This document shows, piece after piece, positions 21,829-35,808 of a stretch of DNA of 64,000 bases. Numbering within the stretch: the stretch's first letter is position 1; the number at the start of each line of letters is the position of its first letter. The stretch spans positions 23,304,776-23,368,775 of the forward strand of contig CM119265.1 in the NCBI GenBank assembly GCA_051294375.1, given 5' to 3'. Both the position numbers and the translations under genes were made by a program. This DNA is from Paraspadella gotoi. Its lineage: Eukaryota > Animalia > Chaetognatha. The notes beneath the pieces are model-generated. The model saw nothing but the letters and a program-made list of their open reading frames with translations. It did not search any database and was not told the origin of the DNA.

Positions 21829-23041
21829 GTTGTTGCTCTTGTGATTCCTGTGATTGCGTTCCTGTTCAAATAAACTCATCACCAAGATTCGTGATTGTCA
21901 CTAAACACTCTGCTAGTCACTAAAAGAGAGGAGTTCCAGCTAGAATATCCGGACCTCTACAGTTGACTCGGATTTTTTCCTACACTGAGGGAAAAAAAGA
22001 GGCAAAGATTAAGCTCTTAACGCAACGGGTAACTCATGGATTACTGGAAGAGTTTCTCTTGAGAAAAACCGAAGCTAAAAACTAATAAGGTAAATTAGCG
22101 AGAAAATAAAAATATTTATTGTAATTCATAAAAATTTTTTTTCATTTATTCATTTATTTACGGATTCTTCATTTAGTTTAAATATTCATTTATTCATTTC
22201 TACTTCATATAGTCAAATACTCAATTGACCAAAAAAATGTTAATAATCCCAATTCAATTGCTCGGTTGATGCCTGGACCAAATTCGAAATCGTAAGAATT
22301 TTTATTTTGAATAATATTAGTATAACATATTTTTAAAGTATGAGATTCAAAGCGATTCAAAGGAATTTTTGACGTCTCGAATCACGCAACATTTGGTCCG
22401 GAATCGGTGGCGATCGGGACACGGTTTCTAGTTCGCGACGGCGTCCACGACGCGCTGGGATAATTTACGTTTTCAAATTATAGATTAACAAACAATTGAT
22501 AAATTAAGACTTCTGACTTCATAATCAGAACATTGAGGGGGCGTGTCACTTTGTAAAGTAAATGATTAGTATTTTTAACTCTTATGTTGACGAAATAATA
22601 AAAAAAAATATGTATTACTGAAAAGCTTTTCCTCATTTATTCATTAAAAAATTTGAATACAAATTGGAAGATACCACTGGCCAATCGATCGTTGTGGTTT
22701 CTTCTACAATGTAGTTATTCATTTATTCATTTACGCAATTTAATCATTTAACTCCTGGTGAGACGAATGGATAATTGTAAATACCGTTGTCACTTGACCT
22801 AAAGTAATCGCCTGTTCTATTGTTTGATTGATAGAATTAGATGACCAATCAAATCATGAATGGATCATAGAGATGGTTTCGCTCGGCATCGTGGTCCCTT
22901 ACAAAAATTCTTTTTGTTCGGGTTTTGCCAAAACTTTTATTAAAATATATGTTTTAATTTTTCAAGGCGCTTTTGCTTTTTTTTTTTCCTTTTTTTTTAC
23001 ACGCTATACCCGCTCATTCCCGGGCGACACCTGCCGTTCAG

Positions 23042-23181
23042 ATGGGGAAGACGCGGACGATGATCGTGAGGCAGACGCCCTACACTTTGGACGGCGTCGA
23101 CGATCGACTGGTTCGCCCGTGGCGGGAAGTCAGGCCCAAGCTGGAGAAGTGGCTGGAGAGACAGCTCAGTGAGGAGAGGGA
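23042..23181 (+). CDS. Putative host coding exon (duplicate at ~31296-31435)
   Basis: MGKTRTMIVRQTPY...WLERQLSEER ending near a GTACGG donor; GC-rich island in AT-rich context. Confidence 0.4.
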
Positions 23182-23189
23182 TGTACGGC

Positions 23190-24152
23190 GTTGAATGGGC
23201 TGGAGAAAGAGGTGGAATGAAAGGGCTGGAGAAAGAGGTGGTGAATGAATGGCTGGAGAAAGAGGTGGAATGAATTGGCTGGAGAAAGAGGTGGATGAAT
23301 GGACTGGAGAAAGAGGTGGAAAATGAATGGCCTGGAAAAAGAGTGGAATAATGGGCTGGAGAAAAGAGGTGGAATGAATGGCTGGAAGAAAGAGTGGAAT
23401 GAATGGCCTGGAGAAAGAGGTGGAATGAATGGGCTGGAAGAAAGAGGTGGAATGAATGGACGGAGAAAGAGGTGGAAATGAATGGTTGGAGAAAGAGGTG
23501 GAATGAATGGGCTGGAGAAAGAGGTGGAATGAATGGCTGGAGAAAAAGGTGGAATGAATGGCTGGAGAAGAGGTGAATGAAATGGGCTGGAAAAGAGGTG
23601 GAATGAATGGCTGGAGAAAGAGGTGGAATGAATGGGCTGGAAAAAGAGGGTGGAATGAATGGGCTGGAGAAAGAGGTGGATTGAAATGGGCTGAAGAAAG
23701 AGGTGGGAATGAATTGGGCTGGGAGAGAGGTGGAATGAATGGGCTGGAGAAAGAGGGTGGAAATGAATTGGCTGGAGAAAAGAGGTGGAATGAAATGGGC
23801 TGGAAGAAAGAGTGTGGAAAATGAATGGGGCTTGAAGAAAGAGGTGGAATGAATGGGCTTGGAGAAAAGAAAGTGGGAATGAAATTGGGCTGGAGAAAGA
23901 GGTGGAAATGAAATGGCTGAGAAAGAGGTGGAATGAATGGGCTGGAGAAAGAGGTGGAATGAATGCTTGAGGTGAAGACTGGAGAAAGAGGTGGAATGAA
24001 TGGCTGGAAGAAAGAGGTGGAATGAATGGCCTGGAGAAAGAGGTGCGAATGAATGGGCGGAGAAAGAGGTGGAATGAATGGGCGCTGAGAAAGAGGTGGA
24101 ATGATTGTCTGGAGAAAGAGGTGGAATGAATGGGCTGGAGAAAGAGGTGGAA
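23190..24152. repeat. ~26-bp minisatellite (GAATGAATGGGCTGGAGAAAGAGGTG)n
   Basis: Dozens of noisy tandem units; shorter version at 31445-31760. Confidence 0.95.
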
Positions 24153-24659
24153 TTGAAAATAAAAGTGAAGAAGTGATAAAAGTTATCTGGGGAAAGATTT
24201 AAATGAAAATGGGCTGAGGAGAGAGCTTGAAGGATTGTTTCGGCTAGCGTGGGGAACGGTCAGGGGAGAGTGAAAAGACGAATGAAAGGAAATATGAAAT
24301 GAAATGACAAATGATGAATTGGGAGAAGATGAGAGCGAGAACTCCGTCCACCCAACTCAAACCCTCCAACGCTCCGTCGCCAAGGAACCCCGGAGCAAAT
24401 CAACGACGCCATAGACGCGATCCGCGGCAAGAAGGACGTGGAGGCGTTGACGAAGAAGTTGAAGTATTTCTACGGACCCAAGACCGTCTATTACGGCGTG
24501 AGGGAGTCGACGAACATGCGGACCGACGCCGCTAAAGTCGCCATCAAGTGTTTCTGTTATGAGAAGCGAGGCTTGGGTGAGAGAGCACAGTGATCGAAAT
24601 GAGGTTTTTTCTCGGAAAAACTATNNNNNNNNNNNNNNNNNNNNNNNNNAAAGAGAGAG

Positions 24660-27600
24660 ATTTTAGACAGTCACAGTATGCAAAAAGATGGTTGCAAAGC
24701 TTCCTGACGTCGAGTTATTCGACAAATGGGCTTACTACGATTTGGAGCTAGTACTCCCACTTTCAAAGAAGGAGATCGAGTCTCTATCGAAAATACTAAC
24801 TTACAGCCCACTGAGTCCGATATTTTTTTTTTTGTTAGCGCCCAGTTCTACAAGGACCATTTGTCATCACTAGGAAACTGAGTGACTGTAAACTATGTAT
24901 CTGCCCAGATGGTAAGAGTGACGGATCGGCAGAACTGGCCGCAAGAATGCCGAGTGGTCTCCATGCAATATCAAAACTGATTGCGGATTCCGTCGAATTC
25001 TACCCGAAAGAGGTGAAAAGCGGGAATGAAAACAGAACCTTCCGGTGAGAGAAAAATCCCGTTCAATTTACAAGACTAAGATCTAATAAATGAACGAAAT
25101 GAGCGGGATTTAGCATGAAAATAATTTCTAACTGCCGATAGATAAAGTACGGTAAGAAGTTTGGAATGTAAAATTAATATAAAAAACGGGGGCAAAAAAA
25201 TCACAACAGTAAAAGACAATGGGAAAAAGTAAATTGGTCTAAAACTAACATAGTAAAACTGCTAACAATAACAATTAAACGTTTTAATATAAAGTGAAAT
25301 AGTAAACAAAAAGGAAAATATTAAAGAGATGAATAGCGTTCCGGCGGGACTTCCGGCGCACGCCTCAGAGAACCGACGAGGAGTGCGGAGGTGGTGGTGG
25401 CGCCGGGGCGGGCGGTCGCGCGGCGATGGGCTGGAGATCAACCAGACCTCAATCTGCGCCCGCCCCTCCGAGATTCGTCCTCAGTGAACCGCAGTCGATG
25501 GCCGCTGGGATCATGGAATCTCGGCGACCAGACGCTGAAATGGCACGAGAAAGTGGCGTCGAGCTGCAAAGCGTCTCGATGCCGCTACGCTCGGCCCGAC
25601 CACGCGAGAGGATGACGAGGAGGACGATGACGCTCATGAGATCGCCAGCGGTGGAAAACAAATGCCTCCTCTCTGAGAAAAGCGAAAAAATCAGTTTAAT
25701 ATAAAATAAATAAAAAAGGAGAATTGAACATATATGTAAAGATAATAAAATTTTAAAACTGAACAGTAGAAAGATTGCCAAGAATGTTCCAGTCTTACCG
25801 AGAAATTCAGGCGCGCGTCGTGGGGACGGTGGCGGACCCTGGCGGGGCCGCGTAAAACGGGAGAGCAAGCAGAAGCCGGGCGTGCCTGCCGTCTCAGAAC
25901 GCGTCCCACCGGCGCTCGTCGTCGTCGAAGTCGCTCGCTCGCGTCCCGTCCGTCTCCGTCGTTCCTCGCCCTTCGCGCGATGCCCGTCGTCGTCGTCGCT
26001 TCGTCGACATCGGTCTCAGCCGTTCGTCGTTCCGCAACCAGTCGTGTCGCCATCGTTGTTCGTTAAGAGGAGCAGGGGTCGACTAAGATGATTTGAAGGT
26101 CGTACCCCATCCCTTCACTGGATGAAAAAACAAAAGCAAAGAAAGAACATAAAAAATAATAAAAAGTCGGCGAAAACAATAACATTGGTAATAGGTTGAT
26201 AGACACTAAGAACGAATTTTACCTCTTCTAGCTTGTAGTCATGGGGCAGAGGTCCTCCGGCCGCCCCGTCCAGAAGTTGTAAACAATGCCGTCGAGATCC
26301 CGGTTGAGGAGGGTGAGTCACCCTTCAAGAGAGAAAGGCAAGTCAGTCACAGGGTTCGATTCCGAGGTGGGAGACGGGGGCCATTGCACGATGCGAGCGG
26401 AGCGTGATGGAAGCGCCGGATGGCCGAGAGAGGCCGGATGAAGTACAGGCCCTCCACATCTGCGTCGATCCAGGATCGGACGCGACGGCCCGGAGGGCCG
26501 ACTCCGCGTCAGTCAATCCAGTGGATGAGGGGAGTTAGCCAGTAGTTGGATCGCTCCATGTGCGGGGGCGGAAGAGGAAAGATACCTGACATGGAAAAGA
26601 CTACAGAACGAAATGCCCTCGCGGCGGGGGAGACTCTCTGGGGACGATGGGAACCGCCGAAAGGTGATCTCCGGAACAGAGGTCTCGGAACGGAGGGCTT
26701 CGTAGGATGAGATCGTCTCCTGAGCGATAAGATATTACAATGACGAGGAGGACGTCAGGAGTCATGCGAAAAGAGCGAGAGCATGACGCCTCCATACGAA
26801 GAGATAGAGAGGCGTCGGCAGAGCAGCGAAGGCGGAGTGACCTCACTTCACTGCAAACATTCGCAGGCGGTCGACGGCGTTTTGGGCGGGAATTCTGCAA
26901 AGAATAGTTTCTGGCGGGATGCGAGCTCGCGCGCCGATTGGAGTCTGATGGAGGCGGGCGAAGAGATCCGAGTTTGAGGTCCGAGTCCGGAGAGTTGGAC
27001 GCTCAGATCCCTCTCCCTGAAAGAAGTTGATAGGGAGTTCGCGGGATGCGATCAGGGGATGGGTGTGAGGCATTCAACTCAACCCCCCCTGGTCCCGAAG
27101 AATATCCCCGAGGAGAAAGTTGGTATTCACCAGGTCTCAGGCCACCCACTCCTATTTCCCCGAAGGTGGAGTAACGGGGGAGCAGGGTGGCGCCACGGTG
27201 AATCGAGAAACTGGCGCCGAGTCAGAAGTGGGGGCGTGGAAGGCGCGCAGACCGGGTCCGGGATGGCATTGGAAGGTGTTGGTACCTAAGAGTAAAGAGA
27301 AAAGAAACTTAATGAAAAAAAGAAATGGATAAATTGTAAACAAAGCATAAACAATGATGAGAATTCTGAAATAAACATACGGGAAAGGGGGGTCCTCCGA
27401 GTGGAAGATACGTGCTTGGTTCCTATCTCGAAAGGTGCCAGCGTGGGAAAAGGCGGAGCGTTGAGAGCCGAGGGGAGCGAACGGAGTCATCATGGGGTAC
27501 CCGAGATCCAAGGGAACCGCCGAAAATCCACTGATCCCACTACGGAATTGACGCCGGCGTCCTCCGGAAATGACGGGCGCGGTGTAGGAGCCGAACGAAC

Positions 27601-29860
27601 CACGGCTCCACACCAAGAATGCTGGGAGCGCGGGAAGGATACCCACATAGTTTCCCGCGGAGCCGATGCGAGCCCCGCAGATCCTCGGTGCACCCGGACG
27701 GGCGGATCCCTGTCGACGCGCCACCCGATGTGGGGAAGAACAGGGGAAACGGCGTCGACGCCCGGTAGCTGAATAAGTAGAAAGGAAATCGAAATAGAAA
27801 AGTTGAGAGGATGACAGAAGATACAATTATTTTAACTTGAGAGTCAAAGTTAAAAGTCAAGTTAAGGATAAATATAATTTTAAATCGATTTCAAATTGAA
27901 ACAAAGTTTAAGAGAGTGAGGTCGAATGAATGTGTTTTAAACAAAATATCAAGAAAAGCTTCACCACAGTCCCGAAACGAAGCCGCGCCGAGGTATACGG
28001 ATCCTGGGGGGATCCCCGCACCCGACGTTGCATCTCCTCTATAACGAATAGAGGAGGATGGCGCAGTGGCAGGTCTGGCGTTCTCGAGCGACGAAGACCC
28101 CCGCGCCTAGGGCATGCGGCGGGTGAGACGCAGCTCGAGGGTCAGAACCTCCGTATGGAGCGAGGAGTGTAGGAGCCCAGAAGTACCCAGGCGCGGGCCG
28201 AATATGGATCAGACATAAGAAGTTTGAGAAAATGAGGGAGACAGACCCAACGCGAGTTGTTTGCGGTCCTGGACCTCGACAGGGCGTTGCCGAGAGGCGT
28301 GGGGGAGAAGTGCCGGCCGGCGCGAGGGGCGTAACAACTCTGGAATGTCCAGAGGAGCACCATTTCAATCGTCGAGGGCCGGATGGCCAGACACGAGCGA
28401 AGAATACTACTACCCTGTGAGCCGCCGCCATGAACTGGAAAAAGCAGAACGGAAAGTGGGGACTCTTTAAAAGAGAGGAATAAAACAAAAGGACATCGAA
28501 AAAAATTAGAAATACAAATGAAGCACGAAGTAACCAGTATTGTAATAACATACCAAATAAAAAAGGCTTAAAAATAAAAAACGAATTCTTAAAAAAAAAA
28601 TGTCGTATGTCGAATTGTAATCAATATGAATAATCAGGATTATTCCTGTTATTGGACATACCATATTATCCAATATTATTGTCACGTGATTTAATAATCT
28701 CTTTGTTTAGAGTGAGCGTAGTTAACAAAGGAGAGCTCTCTTCTCCAAAAAAAGGATTTCTCGAACATTCCGTTTCGGATCGAATCTTGTCTCTTAATTA
28801 ATTATTACTATTAATTTTGATTAATCGATTGAATCATTTTCATCTTTTAATCATTTCAACATAAATGTTCGTGTTGTCATTATTATCAATAGTAGCTATC
28901 AAACATCTTTCAAGTTTTTGACTAGCATGGAACTTATTTATTGTTATCCATAACAACCTTATTATACAAACTTAACTAGCGCCCACAAATATCAAAATTA
29001 ATGTTATATTTGTTTTAACAATGCCTAACTAATTTGTTTAATACTGTTAACTTGACCCTTAACGAATGTATTGAACTTACATGAGCAGGCGAAGCCAGCG
29101 AGCAAGGCCCAAAACGAATGAGCCGAAAGGTGAGAAATGAGGCATGATGAGGTAGCCGGGAGAAAAATAAATGATAATCTACGTGAGGGGAAAGTTTGTT
29201 GCGAGGCGAAAATGAAAACTGCAGTGAAAGTGATCTTACCGCCATTTAAATCAGCCGTTGGCATCTCCCTCAACCGATACTTTCATAGAGTTACTTGGGT
29301 GGACAGGTTGAAACCAATGAGGTGAATACGCCATTTTGACGCCATCCGTAATAAACGATGAGATCGGGAAACTCCGTTTCCTTCGCTGAGGAACACTGTT
29401 TTTTCTGCCGGCGGAGGGTGTAAAGATTCGAGAAGAGAGAGGGAGGTTCAAAGAGAGGAACGGAGATGGAAAGAGGAAAGGCGGACGCCCAGCGCGAGTC
29501 GCGCGAGAGTCGCTCGCACGCTTTTTCGGACGGAAAAAGAAAGGAGATAGAGACAGGAAATAGAAGGATGGAGAAATATAAAAGGTGAAGGAAAAAGGAG
29601 AGCGGCAAGAGCAGAAAGTAGAGTAAGAGGGAAGACTTAGAGACAGTAAACCAAGAGAGAATAAAAGTCACGTATTAAGCCCCACGCTGGCTGTATTAAA
29701 ATTTCATCTTTTTGTATTATCTACATTGATAGAATTAAAATAAAACAACATAACCACTGCAAAACTACCTTCTTCCTTTCTAATAATATTCACGTTGGAA
29801 CCAAACGCGTTCCTTCGAGCTCAAGCGAGCTTTGGTTATCTGAAGCGTTAGAATGCTACA
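24660..29860 (+). mobile_element. Gypsy 3' half, copy 3: integrase tail, full antisense cassette, PPT, 3' LTR (29419-29860); indel-noisy
   Basis: Collinear with 44430-51753 minus its internal duplication. Confidence 0.85.
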
Positions 29861-29869
29861 CGATCTGGA

Positions 29870-32220
29870 GTGAGGGTGTAGACGTGAGGCGAGACTCGAG
29901 AATTCTGGAAGACGAAGAGGAGAAGAAAGCGAGAAGACGAGAGCTGGGAGGACGGAGAGAGACAGAGGCCTATTCCTTAATTTGACTTTAGACCAAAACG
30001 GTTCACCCCGAATGCTAGCGAGTTGTTTAGTAGCGTTAGAGTGCTACAGTTGTTGCTCTTGTGATTCCTGTGAATTGCGTTCCTGTCAAAATAACTGCAT
30101 CACCAAGATTCGTGATTGTCATAAACACTCTGCTAGTCACGTAAAATAGAGAGGAGTTCCAGCTAGAATATTCCGGACCTCTACAGGTTGACTCGGATTT
30201 GTTTCCCTAACCTAGAGGGAAAAAAAGAGAGAGCAAAGTAGTGAAGGCTCTTAACAGCTACGGGTACATCATGGATTACCTGGGAGAGTTTCTCTCTAGA
30301 AGAAAAACCGAAAGACCTAAAAATATCACAGGTGGTAAATTAGCGAGAAATAAAAATATTTATTGTAATTTCATAAAAATTTTTTTCAATTTATTCATTT
30401 ATTTACAGGATTCTTCTTTCAGTTTAATATATTCATATTATTCATTTCTACTTACTCATTTAGTTCAAATACTCAATTGAACAAAAAAATGTTAATAATC
30501 CAATTCAATTTGCTCGGTTGATGGCCTGGACCAAATTCGAAATCGTAAGAATTTTTATTTTGAATAATATTAGTATAACAAATTTTTAAAGTAATGAGAT
30601 TCAAAAGCGATTCAAAGGAATTTTTGACGTCTCGAATCACGCAAACTTTGGTCCGGATCGGTGGCGATCGGACCGGTATTCTAAGTTCGCGACGGCGTCC
30701 ACGACGCGCTGGGATAATTTACGTTTTCAAATTATAGATTAACAAACAATTGATAAATTAAGACTTCTGACTTCATAATCAGAACATTGAGGGGGGGTGT
30801 CACTTTGTAAAGTAAATGATAGTATTTTTAACATCTTATGTTGACGAAATAATAAAAAAAAATATGTATTACTGAAAAGCTTTTCCTCATTTATTCATTA
30901 AAAAATTTGAATACAAATTGGAAGATACCACTGGCCAATCGATCGTTGTGGTTTCTTCTACAATGCTAGTTATTATTTATTCATTTACGCAATTTAATCA
31001 TTTAACTCCTTGAGACGAATGGATAATTGTAAATACCGTTGTCACTTGACCTAAAAGTAATCGCCTGTTCTTTGTTTGATTGATAGAATTAGATGACCAA
31101 TCAAATCATGAATGGATCATAGAGATGGTTTCGCTCGGCATCGTGGTCCCTTACAAAAATTCTTTTTGTTCGGGTTTTGCAAAACTTTTATTAAATATAT
31201 GTTTTAAATTTTTCAAGGCGCTTTTGCTTTTTTTTTTTCCTTTTTTTTTTTAACACGCTATACCCGCTCATTCCCGGGCGACACCTGCCGTTCAGATGGG
31301 GAAGACGCGGACGATGATCGTGAGGCAGACGCCCTACAACTTTGGTACGCGTGTACGATCGACTCGGTTCGCCGTGGGGGAAGTCAGCCCAAGCTGGAGA
31401 AGTGGCTGGAGAGACAGTTCAGTGAGGAGAGGGATGTACGGCGTTAATGGGCTTGGAAGAAAGAGGTGGAATGAAGGCTGGAGAAAGAGGTGAATGAAGG
31501 GCTGAGAAAGAGGTGGAATGAATGGCTGAGAAAGAGGTGGAATGAATGGGCTGGAGAAAGAGGTGGAATGAATGGCTGGAGAAAGAGGTGGAATGAATTG
31601 GGCTGGAGAAAATGGTGGAATGAATATGGCTGGAGAAAGAGGTGGAAATGAATGCTGTAGAAAGAGGTGGAATGAATGGGCTGAGAAAGAGGTGGAATCT
31701 GGAGAGAGTGGAAGCTGCGAGAAGAGGTGTCCGAATGAATGGGCTGGAGAAAGAGGTGAGAATGGGGTGAGAAAAATGAAGAAATAAAAGTGAAGAATGA
31801 TAAAAGTTAATCTGGGGAAAGATTTAATGAAATGGGCTGAGAGAGAGCTTGAAAGGATTGTTTCGTCTAGCGTGGGGAACGGTCAGTGGGAGAGTGAAAA
31901 GACGAATGAAGGATTATGAAATGAAAATGATGAATGGGAGAAATGAGAGCGAGAATCGTCCCATAAACTCACGCTCGTCGCCAAGAACGCGGACAAATCA
32001 TATCGACGCCATAGACGCGATCGCGGGTCAGAAGGACGTGGAGGCGTTGACGAAGAAGTTGAAGTATTTCTACGGACCCAAGACGTCTATTACGGCGTGA
32101 GGAGTCGACGAACATGGCGGACCGACGCCGCTAAGTCGCCCATCAAGTGTTTCTGTTATGAGAAGCGAGGCTTGGTGAGAGAGCACAGTGATGAAATAGA
32201 GTTTTTTTCGGAAAACTATG
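29870..32220. repeat. Near-identical duplicate of 21670-24624 (probable alternative haplotype)
   Basis: Continuous similarity including LTR-like end, AT-rich spacer, exons and minisatellite. Confidence 0.85.
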
Positions 32221-33815
32221 CCAATAGTGCATTTAGTTGATTTTTAGTAGGCTGTTATATTGTAAGTAGTTATTATTTAAAAAACTTATATCGTTACCTT
32301 AATTTAATGGTAAATATTTTGTATGATTTTTTAATTTTGGTAAAGAGAAAATATTTCTATCATGTGTTTCTTTGATCATTTTCTGAATTTTTTTTAGTTA
32401 AAAACAGTAAGAGACAATTCTAAACACTAAATTTCCTATTGATTAATCATTATCTAAATGTTTTTTTAGTTTCCATCAACAGCTTTCCAGTTAATATTAT
32501 TTTAAATTTCCTTCACAAAAATTTTCATGGCCTTTATAATTAGGCAGTCATCATAAAACATGCCAATAAAGGGATTATGGAATTGATGATTAAGAAATAT
32601 GTATAGAGTGATTTCAGAAGCAGTAAGATTTCGTCGAACTGTCGATCGCGCGATCTCTCTCGAGATTTGTAGCGCGATCTCTCTCGAGTTTGTCGCGCGA
32701 TTCCGAGCGTGAGAATTAAAGTTCGATATGAAAAAGTAGTAATATCGAAGGAAAGTCCCGATAATAATCGAATAAAGGCTAAAATAAGCAAAAGCGACTG
32801 ATCACATTCAGCGCGAAAAAATAAGTGACGCGTCCCCCGGCAGCAGCAGTGTCGTCGCAGCGTTAATGATAATTGGATTCAATTATGTTTCTTTCTTCAT
32901 TTATCATTTTTTTGCTTTTTTTTTCTCCATGTTATAATTGTCCTAGTTAAGAACTAAGGTTTTTCTTTTTTTAAATTAAAAATTTCTTTAAAAGAAATAT
33001 TGTACAAAATAAATTAGTTGTATCGATTTTGGTAAAAAAATTATTTCAAAAGTCATTTGGTTATAACTAACCATGCGGACACGGCGGACAAAAAGTCAAA
33101 TATGGGGAGCTTCTGATATGATGAATCATTAAATGCAGTGGAAATGGCCGTGTTCCGCGTGCTTCCATATAGACTTTAGGCTAGTATTTGAAAACTTATA
33201 TACAGTAAAATGGCTGTTCAAGCAATTTATAATTCAGCTCCATGGCAAACTATCCAGTTATTGACAATGAGTAAAAAAAATTAGTTTTATATGTTAAAAT
33301 GTCTTACAAATAACAAAACAAAGTGAGCTCCAAAAAAAGAAAAGCCTAATATCTTCCGATATGAATAATTTTTACAACCCGATAACACAAGACAGTGTTC
33401 TTGTGATTCACCTGGACGGATTAAACATTAAATTATTAACATATGATGTACACCCTTTTCCGAGTAAAAAAAATTATTCGATGACTGTGGAGAGGGAGAG
33501 AGAGATTCAGATTCAGACAATTTGTAGGATTAAATATACAGAATAATACTTTGGTGTTACAACCGAAAGGTTGTGAATAGAAGGCTTCTAGTTGCGGCGA
33601 CATGCTGAGCCTGCTTGCTGTTGGACACTTTCCCTTACTATTGTAACTATTATTTCTCTTTATACTCTCTCTCTCTTTCTCTCTTTCTCTCCTCTCTCTC
33701 TTCTCTCTCACTCTCTTCTCAATCTCTTTCACTCTCTTCTTCTTCTCTCTCTCTCTCTCTCTTTCACTCTCTCTCTCTCTCTCCCTCTCTCCCTCTCTCT
33801 CTCTCCACAAAACAG

Positions 33816-33970
33816 AGATCATCTTCGTTATCCACGGTGTTGCCAAGGGCGGCATCCGCGTCATGAGCCTCTCGACTCTGCAGCCGATCGAGGACACCGT
33901 CGATCACCGGATCGTCCCGGGTCACGAGGGCGAGATCGAGTATGGGCTCAACCTCATGATTTGCTCCAAG
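33816..33970 (+). CDS. Putative host exon (WD40 gene)
   Basis: Long CT tract + CAG acceptor, then IIFVIHGVAKGGIRVMSLSTLQPIEDTVDHRIVPGHEGEI...; 3' end uncertain. Confidence 0.5.
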
Positions 33971-33984
33971 TAAATCGAAGGCCC

Positions 33985-35519
33985 TGAAATAAGTCTCTGG
34001 CTAAAGTAAAACTCAAGAAATAGTGGTGAAGCGTATATATTGAAGCGTATATATTGTCGGCCTCCTCGTCCGTCCGGCCCGCTCCTTGTCGGTCTCCTCT
34101 TCTGTCCGGATCGTTCCTGGACGGCCTCCTCGTCTGTCCGGCTCGTTCCTTGTCGGCCTCCTCTTCTGTCCGGATCGTTCCTGGACGGCCTCCTCGTTTG
34201 TCCGGCTCGTTCCTTGTCGGCCTCCTCTTCTGTCCGGCTCGCTCCTTGTCGGCCTCCTCGTCTGCACTCCGGTATGTTCGTCTCCGAAAGAAGAGTCCTC
34301 TCTTCTTTGTCGCCGAGGTTTCTGGCACTCAGGAAGGAAGGTTTCAGTTAGGGTTCCTCTACCTAACGGCTGCCCGCTTTCTTTTCTTTCGTTTTTTATT
34401 GGGATAGGAGGCGTAGAGGGGAGGAGAAAGAGGAAGGGAAGAGAGAAGAGAAAAATTTGGAAGTCAAAGGGAAGGGGAGGGAGAGAGAGAAAAAAATTCG
34501 AAGGTCGATGGAGAAAAAAAAAGAGGAAAAGAAGTTTTGAAAAATATTGAAATTTGGAAATTTGGAAAGCGACGGGGAAAGGAAAGAGAGAAAAGGTGAA
34601 AAGGTCGAAGGGGAAAGGAGAAAAAAAGTTTTGAAGTCGAAGTAGAAGTGAAAAAAAACTACGAAGTAGAAATTTCGAGGAAAAAAAATGATTTTAGTTG
34701 AAATTAGGAAATAAAGAGATCCAGGGCGGATCGTGGTTGGAGAACAAGTCTCCACATTGGGCGCCACCCTGAAATAAGTCTCTGGCTAAAGTAAACACTC
34801 AAGAAATAGTGGTGAAGCGTATATATTGAAAAAAAACGATCACGAAAAATAATAAATATAGCCACCTTCCGCACCCACCCCTCGCCTCCTTCACCACAAA
34901 TAAAGGCAAGCGGGGTTCATCCTGGGCTACAGCAAAATGGAGAAGTCGCTCTTCTTCCATCTCTTTGAAAAGTGCGACACCAACATCGTCTCCTACAAGA
35001 TGGAGCAGAACGTCTTCTCCATGAAGTATTCCGTCGATTTCGGTCATTTGTTCGTCGGTAACTGATTCGTTTGGTGGGAAAAATTGCGATCGGTTAGCCG
35101 GGGGGGGGGGTTTAAGTTTGTTTTTTTTTATATTAAAACTTGATTTTAATTTAGTTTTTTTCAGAGTTATCCTTCTGACAAGATATGATTTATTGGTGTA
35201 GTTTTTATTTGTTATCTTTACTTGAAGACAGAGGGCGCTAATTAAATAAAACCACGTTATTTTTTTACTAATCTTTTTGTGTTGGGAAGTAAAGACCAAG
35301 AAAATAAAAAACTACTCCAATAAAACCAGATTCTAAACCATAAATACCGTAATCTCACTCGCTCCCCAGCCGTCCGTGGCATCATTAAGCGTTACATGCT
35401 GAGCACTAGCAAGAGCGGCGGCTTCACCATCAGCCTCGTACCATTGGCGGATTTGTTCGTCCCCATGGCGCCGACTGACGCCTGCTACGCGATCGTCTTG
35501 GACGAACTCGCCTGTCACA
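33985..35519 (-). mobile_element. Degenerate LTR element with tRNA-Lys-like PBS
   Basis: ~60-bp direct repeat ending ...TTATTTCA on minus (33985 and 34770); second copy is followed by TGGCGCCCAATGTGG (34766-34752); outer boundary guessed at TGTGACA; no TSD found. Confidence 0.5.
34055..34262. repeat. ~33-bp GC-rich tandem repeat
   Basis: Repeated TCCTTGTCGGCCTCCTCTTCTGTCCGG-type units. Confidence 0.9.
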
Positions 35520-35715
35520 TCACGGTCCGGGGTTGTGGAGGGGCGTTGGAGAGGGGTGGGGTGTGAAAGATGTGAAAGGATTCAGGAAGAAATGGTAATG
35601 GGTCACCTATATTTCCTTTTTTTCTTTCTTCAAGGACGAGAAATTGTATAATTTTATCAAAACTTTAAAACTTTAAATCTGGTGATATTCTGTTTTTCTT
35701 CGGTAAAACGCGCAG

Positions 35716-35808
35716 TTATTTTGCGAGCGGGACGTTTACAACGCTGACTTCGAGGAGAATAAACCGCTGAGTCGCTACAGCTGCATGCATGACAACATGC
35801 AGGCCAAA
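35716..35808 (+). CDS. Host WD40-repeat gene exon
   Basis: CAG acceptor, 93 nt open (LFCERDV...HDNMQAK), GTAAGA donor; phase 0 joins the next exon. Confidence 0.65.

Noticed and set aside
23190-24152. Regular repeats resembling a CRISPR array or a repeat protein
   Set aside because: Head-to-tail ~26-bp units without unique spacers, frequent stops, eukaryotic context: a minisatellite
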